Source: Monocercomonoides exilis PA203
Lineage: Eukaryota; Protista; Preaxostyla
Assembly: GCA_001643675.2 (NCBI GenBank)
Contig: LSRY02000021.1
Location: 744,001 to 808,000, forward strand
Length of the DNA stretch: 64,000 nt
Direction of reading: 5' to 3'
In this document: one piece after another, positions 14,610-27,610 of the stretch
Numbering within the stretch: position 1 is the stretch's first letter
How the letters are laid out: each line of letters opens with the position of its first letter
Notes under the pieces: generated by a model
Seen by the model: only the letters and a program-made list of their open reading frames with translations
The model's database searches: none
What the model was told of the DNA's origin: nothing
Made by a program: the position numbers and the translations under genes

Positions 14610-14937
14610 CGATGAAGATCCCGTTGTCCGTCTGTGTGCACTCCAAGTTGTGCATGTGTTTATGCTCTTCAAAGAAGAAGGAGTTCCCAAGAGCATTGAA
14701 GAGTCGAATGCGGCTATTCTTCTGCTGAAGCTGAAGTTGAGGCAGGACAGCGAGTCTGTCAACAGCCTGGCTGATAGGATTATTGCTGAACTTGCAGGCA
14801 GAACTGCACAAAAGGGCATTGCGGTGGTTGATAAGATGGATGAGGATGACAATCGCACTGAGAAGAAAGACGAGAGTGGGAATGATGGAACAACATCGGC
14901 AAGTTCAAGGGAGTATGAGGAAGACGATGGGAAATGA
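10690..14937 (+). CDS. Degenerate kinase-like domain plus ARM/HEAT-repeat protein (ULK4/Fused-like architecture), ~8 exons; start uncertain
   Basis: Spliced ORFs contain ICHPTLSPSTVFLDKDGSL (catalytic-loop-like, no HRD) and LLQSLL...PTAFDLLQEPLF (subdomain XI), followed by Leu-rich helical repeats (12190-14419) and DEDPVVRLCALQVV. Intron phases are consistent. Confidence 0.6.
14570..14607. repeat. poly-T tract at an intron acceptor
   Basis: Uninterrupted T run directly before AG at 14608-14609. Confidence 0.9.
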
Positions 14938-15424
14938 AATTGAAAGAATTTTTTTTATTTTTTAGACAGAATAGTGAAAGAAGAAATATTGGCAGGCAAT
15001 GCACTTCATTTTTCCAGTGGATTGAAGGGTATTATGAAGGAAATGTGATGCAATCAGGGGGATATTAAAAGATTAGCATTTGTTGAAGAAGAGGATCTTT
15101 CAAATAAATTTGATGAGAGTGATGTTCTTCATATCACTTGAAGTTTACGGGAAAAGCAACTTTCACAAAATCTGTTTTATTTATTTTGCATTGATTGATT
15201 TTTAGCTGCAAGTTAATTCATTTCACATTTCATTGCTTCACTTTGTTTAAATGGAGTAAAAAAAATGTGGTGTTCACAAAATAAATATCAAATAAGCCGC
15301 AAACCAGCAAAAGTTACAAAAAAACATTTTCAATTGATTTTATAAAAAAAACCAAATGAAGAGGAAAATGAGGAAACGAAAAAAAATGAAAGAAAGAAAA
15401 CAGTTCGTTTTCTTATTTTTGAGC

Positions 15425-17241
15425 TTAATGATACACATAATTCACAGCTCGGTTGACATTTCCGTTCGCCCTCACAATGGCAGGAAGTGCCTGAAACATT
15501 CATTGAAATAAATTTTTAAATAAATAATTGAATGGAAAAAAATTAAATGAAAATAAAATAAAATAAAGCTCTTTATTTTTTTCTAGAATGCATCATCAAA
15601 TCAAACCTGATCTGTTTCAATGCCCATCTGCCTCATCTTCTTCAGGCCTTCCACGCAAATGTCCACAAGCGACTTGTCGCTCAGGTTCTGCAGGAAATAC
15701 TCTCTGATCGACGCATCAGATTGGTCGGTGCTTGCTGGAAATGAGCCATACGGCGGAGAGCTAAATGCTCTATCGCTGGAAGCAGGCTGTGCGGAAGACA
15801 AGAGATACGGTGGGGTGCCTCGCTGGGCGCCTGCGTCAGAGTAGGACGGAGAGCTGGTAGAATAAGCAGGAGCAGCAGAAGAGGCCGAATAGGAGGGAGA
15901 AGCATAGTGAGGAGTGCTCCTGGTCGGCGATGCAGAATATCCTCCAGAAGCTGGGTAAGTTGGATAGGACACTGAATCTGCAGAAGAAGAAGAAGATGTT
16001 GAATAAGAAGTTGATCCGTAAGGCATTGAAGGGGTGCCAGACGTGATTGCAGGGTATGATGGAACAGCTTCCTTTGGTACATTTTGCCCGGGGAATTGCT
16101 TCGTCGGTGGAGGAAGTAACGTCACACGCTTTGCTCCTGTATCTTTAGCAGAACTTGATGGATATGAAGGATCAGACGACGAGGTTCGAGATGCATTCTC
16201 TACCAAATAGTCTGGCCGAGGGGACGAAGAATCAGATGGCTCGCGCTCGCTCCTGTTTCGTATTTTGGCTGTATGCTGCTCCCATATTTCTCTTCCAATT
16301 CTATTCAGCAATTCGTATTTCTTTCGATTAATGCACGAATCAATGGAGCGCAGAGTTTTATTGACATCTTCAATCAAAGCCCCATATGGATTGTGATGCG
16401 AAACTTCCCCTGAAAGTGCGTCAGGAATTCGCAGCATATCCAACGGATCCTCGCTCCGAGGATTGACTGCAGCAGGAGCAGCTGGATAGCGGCCAGGAGT
16501 CGTTTGAAATTGATTATTCTGGGGATATGTCATACTTGGGGCCACTCCATAGCCTGGCGATTGTTGAAGTTGAGGGTATGGACTAATCATCCCATGTTGT
16601 GGCATAGATTGAAATGATTGAGTTGATGGTGTTGCATAAGGAGGAATATTAGATATACGGTTTGGAGACGGAACCCCTCCAATTGGAATTGCAGGTGGCG
16701 GAGACGGTTTTCTCCTTAACCGATCTCCAGCATTTGCCGGAATTGGAGGGTAAGCAGCAAATGGTTGTTCTGCAACGTTGCGTGGTGGTGGAGAAGGAAT
16801 TCTCTTTAGCTTTGTTTGGCTTGGTCCGTCTAAAATACTTCTCATCTTTTCGACTACAAAAATATGTTTCCACAAAATTCACAAAACATAAAAATTAGAT
16901 GAAATACACACTTTGTTCACCAGTTGCCAGTGGAAGTGAAAGAATTAATTTCCCGTCTCTGTCTTCAATTGTAAATTCATTCTGAAAATATTTGTAAGAA
17001 CGAACTGTGATATTGCGGAGCAATCGTGAAGGTGTTCCTCCATTCAAGCGTATTTGAACAACCGCATCATTTCTGAAGCAACTAACTGTCAAATCCTGTG
17101 AATCAATTGATGGTTCTTTTTTTTTTATGAAAAAAATAAAAATGTTTAAAGAGATAATTCTTAAAAAGAAAGCTAAATCAAACTAGCTGATGGAGCAGAT
17201 GCAGATCTAAGAGTGACTTTAGTTTCAAAAGAATAAGACAT
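15425..17241 (-). CDS. Pro/Ser/Tyr-rich protein with C-terminal UBA domain, 4 exons
   Basis: The main exon end (VEGLKKMRQMGIETDQ) splices to a last exon at 15425-15490 (ALPAIVRANGNVNRAVNYVYH*), giving the UBA pattern MG...N.NV..AV.Y. Confidence 0.7.
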
Positions 17242-17419
17242 AAAACAAAAATAAGTTGATCTTAAGCCATACTACCTTATCTTCAAAACAAAATGAGCAA
17301 TGAATAAACTTTGGATGAAATAATTTAATACTAACAACTTTGAAAAAGAAAAAAATTTTTTATTTTTAAACCTTATTTTTTTTTTATCAGAATCAAATTT
17401 TACTTTTATTGGTGTTTTC

Positions 17420-20167
17420 ATGGATTGGGTGAAGAAAAAGGTATTTATAGTTATCCTTTATGGATTTACACAATTATTTTAAAACAGGTTACTCAAGTTA
17501 CAAACATTCAATTGCAAACTGTTTCTGTTCAAGAGATAACTTATTCACAAGAAATACGTGGGAGTGTTTGGTCCTTATCGCATGGGAGACTCAAAGTTTG
17601 ATATATTTTGTTTCTTCGTTTTTTTGGTTTTATTTGTTGTATTTTTTATTCAGAAGGACGACAAGCCAGTTTCTATATTTAATTGTAATGCTCCGAAGAA
17701 CACATCACAATCGAAAATTGCAGGTATTTTTTGGTTATTTCATGTTAAGTTCAATTATTTATGCTCAATTATCGGAAATTTGTAGTTAGAGGATTGCAAA
17801 AGATGAGAATAATGAAACATTCATCATTTTTGTCAGTTTTAGATGTTAGCGAAGGATTTTCGTCATGTCAATATATTACAGAGCATGCAGAGCCATTGGA
17901 ATCTATTAAAGATTCTCTTCATCCCGCAGAAATTGAATATGGTCTTTATAGTATAATTGTATGCTACATTTTTTGAAACTGCAAAATTCACTATGTTATT
18001 ATTTTAGAATGCTTTAAAATTCTTAGCTGGAATGAACCTTGCCGTTCTCAATATATCCGCTTCAACTATTTTTGTAACGGATTTGCGGGAATGGAAAATT
18101 GGAGCTTTGGAACTTTTAGTTGGAAAAGATGATGTTTCAGATTTGCTTTCTTTAATGACAAATGAGGAAAAAGCAGCATTTTCCGAAAACTTACCACCAG
18201 AAATGCGCAATTTTATGTTCTCTTTGAGTTCAGATGTAATTAATGCTCTTGGTTCTTGGCAAATTGGTTTGTAGAAGCAAATATTCAAGAGAATTTGTGT
18301 TCAAGAAATAAGATCAAATATAACAATTGAACAAAAATTGAATTTCTTTCCTTTTCGTATTAAAAAAATATCTTGAAATTATTTATCCTCCTCTGTTCGT
18401 TCACTATTAATTTCTTGGATATTCACATATATATGTGTATGAATGAATGCATGTTAATTTCCAAAGGCTCTCTCATCTCCAGTGTGTTTTCCGTGCCTAT
18501 GAGCACGCTGTCGTCGCCTTCTGCGCGCTCGGCGCTTCCTCCTTCCCTCCGCTCTGTGTACAACTCGATGTGCTCCTCCAATCCGAAGAGTCGCCCGCCG
18601 CTCTCGTTCCTGTCATCTGTTGATTCAGCCTCGTCTTCCCGCACTTTCGAATACCTTTCTCAGTCGCCGTCGTTCCAGTTCCTTTTGTTCTGCGACCAGC
18701 TGTCGCTGAAGGACGAGGAGGAGAAGAAGGAGATGTGGGAGTTTGTCTGAGTCTCATGTTTTAATGGAATTGTGAAATTGTTGTCTCATGATATTTAAAC
18801 TGTTTAGAAATAATAATGTTTATTTTTAAATTTTCTTTGAAGCCAAATTTTGAAATCTGGCTTTTTTATTTTATTTTATTTTATTTTATTTTATTTTATT
18901 TTATTTTATTTTATTTTATTTTATTTTATTGTTGATTTCTATTTTTCTGTGAAACAAATCATCTCTTCGATTCTTTCTTTTTTTTTTATTGTCAAACGAT
19001 GTATTTGTATATTTATTGATATTGATATTCCAACCTCTCAGAAATCTCGACCCAGTTATGGAATTTCTCGCTTCGAACTATTCAACGCACTTGATAGAAG
19101 AAAAGATACTTTGCTCGTTCCGCAGCAATTTGGAGATGCTGCCGTCTCTCGTTTCTCTGAACTTCTTCTTGCAGATTCTCTGTTGGATGGGAAATGACAG
19201 CAGCAAGCTAGATTCGAGCGAGGGAAATGACGAAGGCAAATATGAAGGAGCAGATGGGAAAAGAAAGAAACGAGGGGGCCAAGATGGTGAAGAGGGAGAA
19301 GGAGAAGAAGAGGAAGAAGATGGCGATAATGATGATGGCAAAAATAAAAATGATGAAGATGAAGAAGATGAAGATGAAGACGAAGATGAATTTGAGGATG
19401 GCTCAAGAGATTCACGTGGCAAAAGCACAAAAAAGTCAAAAGGGAAATCCAAATCGTCTTCTTCTTCTTCTTCTCATCGCTCGAAAACAAACGAAAACAG
19501 CAAAAATGTCTCCTTCCCTTCGCACAAGCCGCTTTCTCCGCCTGTTCTTTCTGTTCTCGCCCAGCTTTTTGCTGTCTCCACACCTGTTTCAGATGTGTCC
19601 AGGGTGAGCTCCGCAGTGAAAGTGGAGCTAGCTGGCTATTCTTCTCTGACGCAGGCGCGGAAAAGAGAGATGCGGTACGCTTTGCTGCGCGCCCTGCCGT
19701 CTTTTGCCTCGGCTCTTCCGGAGAAATTCGTTCAGGAGATGATTTACCCATTTTTTGTGTGTTGAATTTTGTCTTTGTTAATTTGAAGTCATGTGTTGAT
19801 TAATGTGTATTTGTTGACTTTCTTATTCTTTCTTATTCTTCACATTCTTCACATTCTTTCTTATTATCAACTGAAATTCAATTTGTGGTTGGTTTGTTTA
19901 TTTTTTTAACAAACGGCAATAATTGTGTGGATGTGTCAGGCAATCGGATTCAAAGACCCTTCGCCCGCAATTCGTGAGATGACCATCAGAGCTGTTCCTT
20001 TTATCATCAAACTGGTTTGAAATCATTCCCTTTGTGATATTTGTGCCGGAAAGTTAATATTTGGATGTCTTTTTTATTTATTTGTTTGTTTGGTTTGGTT
20101 TGGTTTGGTTTATTTTGTTTTATTTATTTCAATTGTTATTTTCACTTTAATGTTAATTTTCTCTCTT

Positions 20168-20238
<71 letters not shown>

Positions 20239-22327
20239 CAGTTAACAAAAAAACAAACCAATGAAGTCGCTGACCGACACTTAGTGTCTCTGCAGAGCGA
20301 CCCTAGCGCGCGCATCCGCGCCACTGTGGTCATCTGCTTTTCTCTGATCGCCGACTCCTTCGACAACATCACTAAGTCTTCCTCCAACGGCCTGACGATG
20401 CGCGAGGCGGTTCTCTCCTCCTCGTTCCACCACGCCCTGGTCGACAAGGACTTGGCAGTGAAAAAACACGCCGTCAGCGCAGTGCGGGCCAATCTGAGCG
20501 TGTTCTCTGCCAATTCGCTTGCGGCGAATCTGATTGCATCCTTGTCGCGTCTGTGTGTGTTTCCGACACCTGAGCACAGAAACGAGGAGCAGAAGATGGC
20601 TGCGGCAGAAATCAGAGTGCGCAGGAAGATGCTGCGGGACGTCAGAACTTCTGCGCTGGAGACGCTGGCTGAGGCGGTGGAGAGGCTGCAGATGCTAAGC
20701 AGAAAACAAGAAGAGGAGGAGGAAAAAAGTATTGTTGAATTTTTGAATTGGCTGATTTTTTTTTTTTTTTGACTTTTTATTTTATTTTATTTTATTTTAT
20801 TTTATTTTATTTTATTTTATTTTATTTTATTTTATTTTATTTTATTTTATTTTATTTTCGTTTGACATATGAAATTTGTTTTTGGATGTTTGTTTTGTGT
20901 GTTTTCCTTTGTAATGTCTTCTTTTATTGTTATTATTATTTCTTTTTGAAATGAATTATTAAAACTCCTCATGTCTGATATCTTTTATCCAACCTCAATA
21001 AGTGCCTATAATATCAAAAGTCAAAGAGCTTCCTCCTTCTTCGGATGCTTCTTCATCAAATTATTCGGATCAACGCCTATCTTCCTCTTCCTCTTCCTCT
21101 TCCTCTTCTCCATCTTCTTCTTCCTCTCCTTCTCCTCCTCCTCCTTCCTCTCCTTCTCCTTCTTCTGCGAGTGGTGCTTCTTCTTCCTTTTTCAATGTAC
21201 TTTCTGCTTTCGGAGGGATTATTGGCTCGAAAATACTGTCTTCCAATCAATCTCCTTCACACACACCGCAACCGTCTGCTCAATCGTCAGCCAATGGAAC
21301 TTCATCGCGCTCATCATCATCATCATCTTCTTCTTCTTCTTCTTCTTCAGTCACTTCTTCCACTTCATCGTATTCTTCTTCTTCTTCTTCTTCAAACACT
21401 CATTCACTTCAGCAGCCTTCACACACAGAGATCAGAACGATCACAGGCGCATATCAAAAGAGTTCTGCCAAGCCGAAGCAGTCAGCAGCTCATAAGCATA
21501 TTTCACTAAAATCCAAACAGAAAGGGCAAAATGGATGGGGCGATGATGATGATGATGATGACTTTGATGTTGAGAATGAAGATGGCGACTTTGACAACGA
21601 AAAAGACGAAGAATTGAATGTGAGAAGTGCTGTTTCGAAGAAAAGTGTATCAGGTTTTGATGGAAAGAGCAAAGGGGGATGGGATGATGACGATGATGAT
21701 GATGATGATGGCAAAGAATTTGGGAAAGCAATAGGAAAAAAAGCAAATGCAACACAGAATTATTTTTCTGATTTTGATGAGCCGAAAGCATCTGTATCTA
21801 AATCACATTCCGCACTAAAAGCTAAAAGCGGAAAATCAAAAGGTGGATGGGACGACAACGACGATGATGATGATGATAACAACGATAACTTTGATGGAGA
21901 AATCAAGAAAGAAGGTTGGGATGAAGATGATGCTGATGTTGATGCTGATATGTCATTTGGTTCAAAGCCATCGAAACAACCAGTGAAGAAAACGGTGAAG
22001 AACCAGAAATCGAGCTTTGGCTGGGACGATGATGAAGAGGATGACGATGATGATGGGGGCAAAGAAGATAAAGGTGATGACGAAGATGATGGAGGATTTA
22101 TGAGAGATAGCAAAAGCAGCAGAGAATCAAACAAGGCTAAGCAGAGCATCACGAAAACAGGAGGAAGAAGCAAAGCTAAATCCGGGTGGGACGAATCTGA
22201 AGGAGATGATGAAGAAGATGATGAGTTTGGAAGCAAGAAAGATTCGCTTTCATTGAAAAAAGGACCGGGAAAATTGGCAAAAACAAAAAATGATTCACAA
22301 AATTTGTTCAGCAGTTTTGGTTTATAG
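17420..22327 (+). CDS. SCYL1: SCY1-like pseudokinase (SCYL1/Cex1 family) with HEAT repeats and acidic Trp-motif tail
   Basis: Spliced N-terminus MDWVKKK...W.L..G..K...PVSIF, KMRIMKHSSFL, YITE..EPL, IEYGLYSI, IFVT..REWKIG. HEAT motifs GFKDPSPAIREMTIR and LQSDPSARIRATVVIC. Repeated GWDD tail. Confidence 0.85.
18867..18929. repeat. (TTTTA)n intronic microsatellite
   Basis: About a dozen tandem TTTTA units in a SCYL1 intron. Confidence 0.9.
20160..20239. repeat. (TC)n/(TTTC)n polypyrimidine tract before a 3' splice site
   Basis: Pure pyrimidine run ending in CAG at 20239-20241. Confidence 0.85.
20776..20858. repeat. (TTTTA)n intronic microsatellite
   Basis: Tandem TTTTA units in the last SCYL1 intron. 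Confidence 0.9.
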
Positions 22328-22918
22328 TGTGGTGGGAGTGTTGATAGAGGATTGAAACACATTTTTTTAGATTTGTCTAATCTATTTCTTTATTGAGACA
22401 AGCTGTAGAGTAAGTCTTTTTATATTTTCTATTCATCAAAAAAAGAAAAAAAAGAAGAAGAGAAAAAAGCCTGATACATTTGCGCTTATTATTGCAAATG
22501 GTGTCATTATGATAACTTTTTTGATAAAATATTGCGTCAACCTTCTAAATTTTTTTTCATTTTTCGGTTATTTTTTTTTCTATTTTTTGAATAAAAAGGT
22601 AAAATTCAATTTGAGGATTTGTTTTCTGTTGAAAATGATTTCTTCAAAATAAAAAAATCATTTATAATTCTCTTTTGTGTGAATTCAAAATATCAAAAAG
22701 AAATAATAAACAAAAAAATAAGCCAAAAAACAACATGAAACAAAGAACAGTACAACGATGCATTGAACGTATTTCTCTTGAATTATATCCAATTTGCTTT
22801 TGTTGAAAAAAGTGTTCATTTCTCATCAAACATCTCCATTCAAGTAATATCAAAAAGCATCTCCGTCAGTATGATAATCCAACTTGATGTTATTTTGCCC
22901 TTCATATCATTTAAAATT

Positions 22919-24103
22919 TCATTCGAACCCTCTAATTCCTCCAACCTCTTCCTTTGGTTTCAATCCTTCATCGCCTTCCGGTGCAATATCTTTCGCATCC
23001 TCATATTCTTCACTCTCCTCTTCATCGTTGTCTTCGTTCCCTCCGTTGTAATCGCTGTCATTGTCACCGTCTCCTCCCTCGTCGCTGCTGTCATCATCGC
23101 TTATTTCATAAGCAATTTGCGATTTCTTCCTTTTTCTGGGTCCAGTTACTTCCTCTTTAATAATAACATCCGCTTCTGATGAATTTTCTTTTTCATCTTC
23201 TTCATCGTCGTCAGCAACCATCCGCTCTTTGTGTTTAGTGCTCTTTCGAAGAGTTACTTGCTTCTTTTCCCTCTTCATTGCTCTGTTTAAGCGCCTTCTC
23301 TCATTTCTTCTTTTTCGTTTACGTTCAAGTGCATCTTCATCTTCAAGATATCCAAAATCGCCAAAAGAAGAAGAGGAAACATTGGATCCAAATCCTGTGG
23401 ATTTCAACCAAGATGGTACCGAAGAAGCGAATTTTTCTTTAGGGATCTTGTTTAATGCAAATAGAGGTGACAAATCAGATTCTTTATTTGCAGTTATTTC
23501 CTTCTTTGTTTCAGAAATTTTTTCATTATCACTTCTTTCATTCAATGAAATCTGAAATGATGGTATCGACCTGTAAACATTTGGCAGCTTCAATTTTTTC
23601 TCTCCGCGTTCATTGAAAACATCTGTACTTTGATCAATCGGGCGCTTCGTTCCTTTCATAACAAATGAATAAGGCTTTGAATGAAACGTAAATGAAACGC
23701 CACCATGGTGTTCTGAATTACACATATAATTTGAAGTTAATGTGTTTTTTTGAAGTAATTTATCATTTGTATCAGAAGCTATTTTTTCATCCGATGAAGA
23801 TTTAACTTTTTTTCGAAAAATTTGTTCTTTCCATCTTGTCATAATGGTGGTCGCATTCTTCACGATTATAGGATGGAAAGACATAGATACTGGATTTTTT
23901 GAAACAAATGCATCAACTTCAGGTGCGTTTGAAGTTGGTATTTTAAGTAATCTTGATCCGTATTTTTTTAAATTCGAACTTCGTTTTGCAACACCTCTCT
24001 CAATGTTAATCAGTTCTTTGTAATCTCCTAAAGATGATATAAGTTGTTGAGGATTTAAAAATGCTTTCACATATTTATTTTTTGGGGCGGATTTGAAATC
24101 CAT
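22919..24103 (-). CDS. Hypothetical 394-aa protein, probably nuclear (basic NLS-like stretch, acidic tail)
   Basis: Long ORF with ATG; RKRKRRNERRR and PRKRKK segments; no recognised domain. Confidence 0.65.
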   Translation of the reverse strand: MDFKSAPKNKYVKAFLNPQQLISSLGDYKELINIERGVAKRSSNLKKYGSRLLKIPTSNAPEVDAFVSKNPVSMSFHPIIVKNATTIMTRWKEQIFRKKVKSSSDEKIASDTNDKLLQKNTLTSNYMCNSEHHGGVSFTFHSKPYSFVMKGTKRPIDQSTDVFNERGEKKLKLPNVYRSIPSFQISLNERSDNEKISETKKEITANKESDLSPLFALNKIPKEKFASSVPSWLKSTGFGSNVSSSSFGDFGYLEDEDALERKRKRRNERRRLNRAMKREKKQVTLRKSTKHKERMVADDDEEDEKENSSEADVIIKEEVTGPRKRKKSQIAYEISDDDSSDEGGDGDNDSDYNGGNEDNDEEESEEYEDAKDIAPEGDEGLKPKEEVGGIRGFE

Positions 24104-24155
24104 TAATTAATTATTTATTCAAAATTCCGCTGTACGCTTGCAAGATCAAGAAAAA

Positions 24156-24572
24156 ATGGAACGTGTGCTATTTTGATGTTAATTTTAATAATTAAAGAAT
24201 CTTTTGAATTTCATTTATACTTTATCTTTTTTTCTATGATTATCTTAACGAATATTTGCGATTAACAATTGCCATCTGATGATATTTTATTATTTAGCTG
24301 AATACGAATATTTCGATCTTCTCCGTCTCCGTGGAGGAGGGAAAAAGCACAAGAAGAAGGTTTACACCACACCAAAAAAAATTAAGCATAAGAAGAAGAA
24401 GGTTAAGCTTGCCGTGTTGAAATACTACAAGATCCGTGATGACGGAAGCATTATTCACACCCGTCCAGAATGCAAGAACTGCGGTGCTGGTGTGTTCATG
24501 GCACAACATGAAAACCGTGTTACTTGCGGAAAATGCGGACTCACATACGCCACAGCAAAGCCAAAAGCATAA
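24156..24572 (+). CDS. RPS27A: 40S ribosomal protein S27a (eS31) with vestigial ubiquitin leader; exons 24156-24162 and 24298-24572
   Basis: [30 protein letters not shown] and C4 zinc finger [18 protein letters not shown], preceded by LRLRGG. Confidence 0.95.
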
Positions 24573-25198
24573 ACTGACTTCATTTCTTCTTTGTTGTTCA
24601 TGACTTTTATCAATTCATCGTTGAAAACAGAATGAGAACGGAGAATATTTCATAATTGTTTTTCTTTTGCAAAGAAAGCCTTCATTTAAGTGTTATAGAA
24701 ATAGTAATTGAAAAAATAAACTTTTGAGATCCAGTCATAAATACTTTAAATAAAATGCGATTTATATCTCCTGTAATACATAAAAACTGAACCTGATATC
24801 GTTTGAAGTGGTGTGCTTCGTGGAAATTATTGAAGATTATGTATTTTTTGTAAAGTTAAGCTCTTGTGAATATCGAAATGATTTTTTATGCAAAGTGGAT
24901 GATTTTTGTGCTTTTCTGTTTAAATATTTTCAATGCATGAATCATTTTGTGTATGATATTATTTATCTTTCTCGCTTTTTTCAAAGTTATGTTCAAGTTT
25001 TTTCTGAAAAATATTCTGTTCAAATTAAATGCATTTAAAATCATAAAATATCTAAACAGAGATGTTTATCGTTTCTAAAAAAAATGCAATAAGAAGAATA
25101 TATCAATCAGAAATATAAAAATTAATTTTTCGCTGAATGCAATTTTTGTGGAGAGATTGATCAATAAAAGCCATATTTTTCCTATCCAAATATTTGGA

Positions 25199-27610
25199 AT
25201 GTCAGATTCTGGTGAAGAGCAACAAATAACGGAAGCTGAACAGTTGGGAGAAGAAATAGAACATACTGAGGAGTCATTGTTATCAAAAATTACTGTTCCT
25301 GTTTGTTATTTTTATTTTTGTGCAGCATTTTCAAAAGATATTAAATTTCTTTTTCATCTCGTTCGATCAATTGTATGCTGAAACTTAACAACCGTAATAG
25401 GAGATTGACATACCAGCTATTAAAGATAGAATTCAGGAAATATTAAGAATACTCGTGAATTTTAAGCAGCTTCATGGTGATCGATCTCGCTCAAGTTACA
25501 TGGACGAATTGAAAGAATGCGTTAAAACATACTATGGTTATAACGACTTTCTTGCAGGAAAGTTTTTAGAGTTGTATTCTCCTCCTGAAGTTTGGAATAT
25601 TTGATATTTTTATGCAAATTTGGAAATTTTTTGGTATTTATTCAACATTGATCTTTTCAGGCAATTCAATTTTTAGATGCTCAAGAAAATCAAAGACCTC
25701 TAACTCTTCGAACCAATACACTGAAAACGCATCGTCGAGGTGTGTTATATTTAATTTTTATATTTGATATGGACTTTTCACTCAAATATTTAGAACTTGC
25801 ACGTGCTCTTATTAATAGAGGTGTTAACCTTGATCCATTGGGAGAATGGTCAAAAGTTGGTCTTGTTGTTCTTAGTTCTGATGTACCTGTTGGTGCGACC
25901 CCTGAATACTTAGCAGGACATTATATGCAACAAAGTGCATCTTCATTTACTCCTGTGATGGCTCTTGCACCTCAAGAAGGAGAAACAGTACTTGACATGT
26001 GCTGTGCGCCTGGTGGAAAAACTGCCTATATAGGTATTTTGTTGTATTTATCTTTCTTTAGAACTTTTTTTTTACAAATATTCATATTTATCAATATAAA
26101 ATACTTAAAACTCTTCAAACTGATTGGTATTGCAGCTGCTTTAATGAAGAACACTGGTGTTATAATAGCCAATGATGTCTCCAAAGATCGTCTAAAGGTT
26201 TTACAAATAAAAATAGTTTTCGATCGATTTCATTTTCATTAAATTTAATTTAATATTTTGAACAAATAAACTATCAATTTTTTTTGTAAGTCACATGTTG
26301 CCAACATGCACAGGATGGGTGTCAGCAACTCCATCACAGTCAACACAGACGGTCGTCTCCTTCCTCTCTCCTATCCTGGCTTTTTCTCGCGCGTGCTGCT
26401 TGATGCGCCGTGCACAGGGACTGGGGTGATCTCACACGATGCCTCCATTCGTGTGAAGAGAGAGGCGAAGGACGTTATCGTCTGCTCGCAGCTGCAGAAG
26501 GAGCTGCTGCTGGCGGCAATCGACTGCGCGGCTGTGGCGTGGGACTCGCCCACCGAGGCAGAGCTGAAAGGCTCAAAGAAGAAAGGAAAAGTTTCGGGAA
26601 AAGGGAAAGACGGAGAGAAAGACAAATCATCTTCAGTGACGACTTACTCAGATGGCAATGGCAGCTCTATTAAGATAGACAAGCAGGCAGGTATTATCGT
26701 GTATTCCACTTGCAGTGTGCTTGTGGAGGAGAACGAGGAAGTGATTGAATATGCGCTGAACAAGAGAGATGTGAAGATTGTTCCGACAGGAATTCCGTTT
26801 GGCTCGCCTGGGCTGACGTCGTATATGTCGTACCGCTTCCATCCGTCTCTTGCACTGGCTGTGCGGCTGTCTCCGCATAAGGAAAATATGGACGGCTTCT
26901 TTGTGTGCAAGCTGAAGAAGATGTCATCGGCGAAAGTGTCGAACCCGCTGAAGAAGCTGAACGAGGTGATGCAGGAAATGGCGGAGCGAGAAGAGAAAGA
27001 AGCGGAGGAGTTGAAAGGAAGAGGGAAAGAGAAAGAGAAGAGGAAAGTTGTGAAAGGAAAGAAAGAAGAAGGTGAAGGAGTAAAGATTGAAGATCCATCG
27101 CTTTCAAAGAGGAAAGAAAAGAAGAGCGGAAAAGAGCAAAAAGACGAAGTGAAAGAAGAAGGAACTTTGGTTGTTAAAGTGGAAGACAAAGACATAAATG
27201 ATTCAGAAAACAAAACAAAGAAAGAAGAAGGAGATGTGATTGCAAGTGCAATGAAAGTAGATACGAAGGATATCAAAGAAGAAGATGAAGGAATCAGCAG
27301 TGAAGATGAAGATTATGAAGGGGACGATGAAGACGATGAAGAAGATGGAGATGAAGATGAGGAGCTTTTGAAGTCGCTGAAACGCAGCAAAAATCAGCTG
27401 AACAAAGAAAAAGCGAAGCAAAGGCTGGCAAAAATGGCTTCAACAACGTTTGCAGAGTACAGAGCCAAAGAAATGAAGCACAAGAAGATGAAGAAGATTG
27501 CAAAGCTGAATGAAAGGATGAAGAAGAAGAAGAAGATGCTCAAAAAGGAGGAAATGATGAAAAAAGGGAAATTCATTCCAGGAAAGAAGCAGTTCCGACG
27601 CTCTGGATGA
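25199..27610 (+). CDS. NOP2: Nop2/NSUN1 large-subunit rRNA m5C methyltransferase, ~6 exons
   Basis: YYGYNDFL, RPLTLRTNTLK, LINRGVNLDP..WSKVGL, GATPEYLAGHY, LDMCCAPGGKT, VLLDAPCTGTGVI, VYSTCS, DGFFVCKLKK. Confidence 0.95.

Noticed and set aside
18850-20954. ORFs encoding (FILFY)n
   Set aside because: Translations of intronic TTTTA microsatellites.
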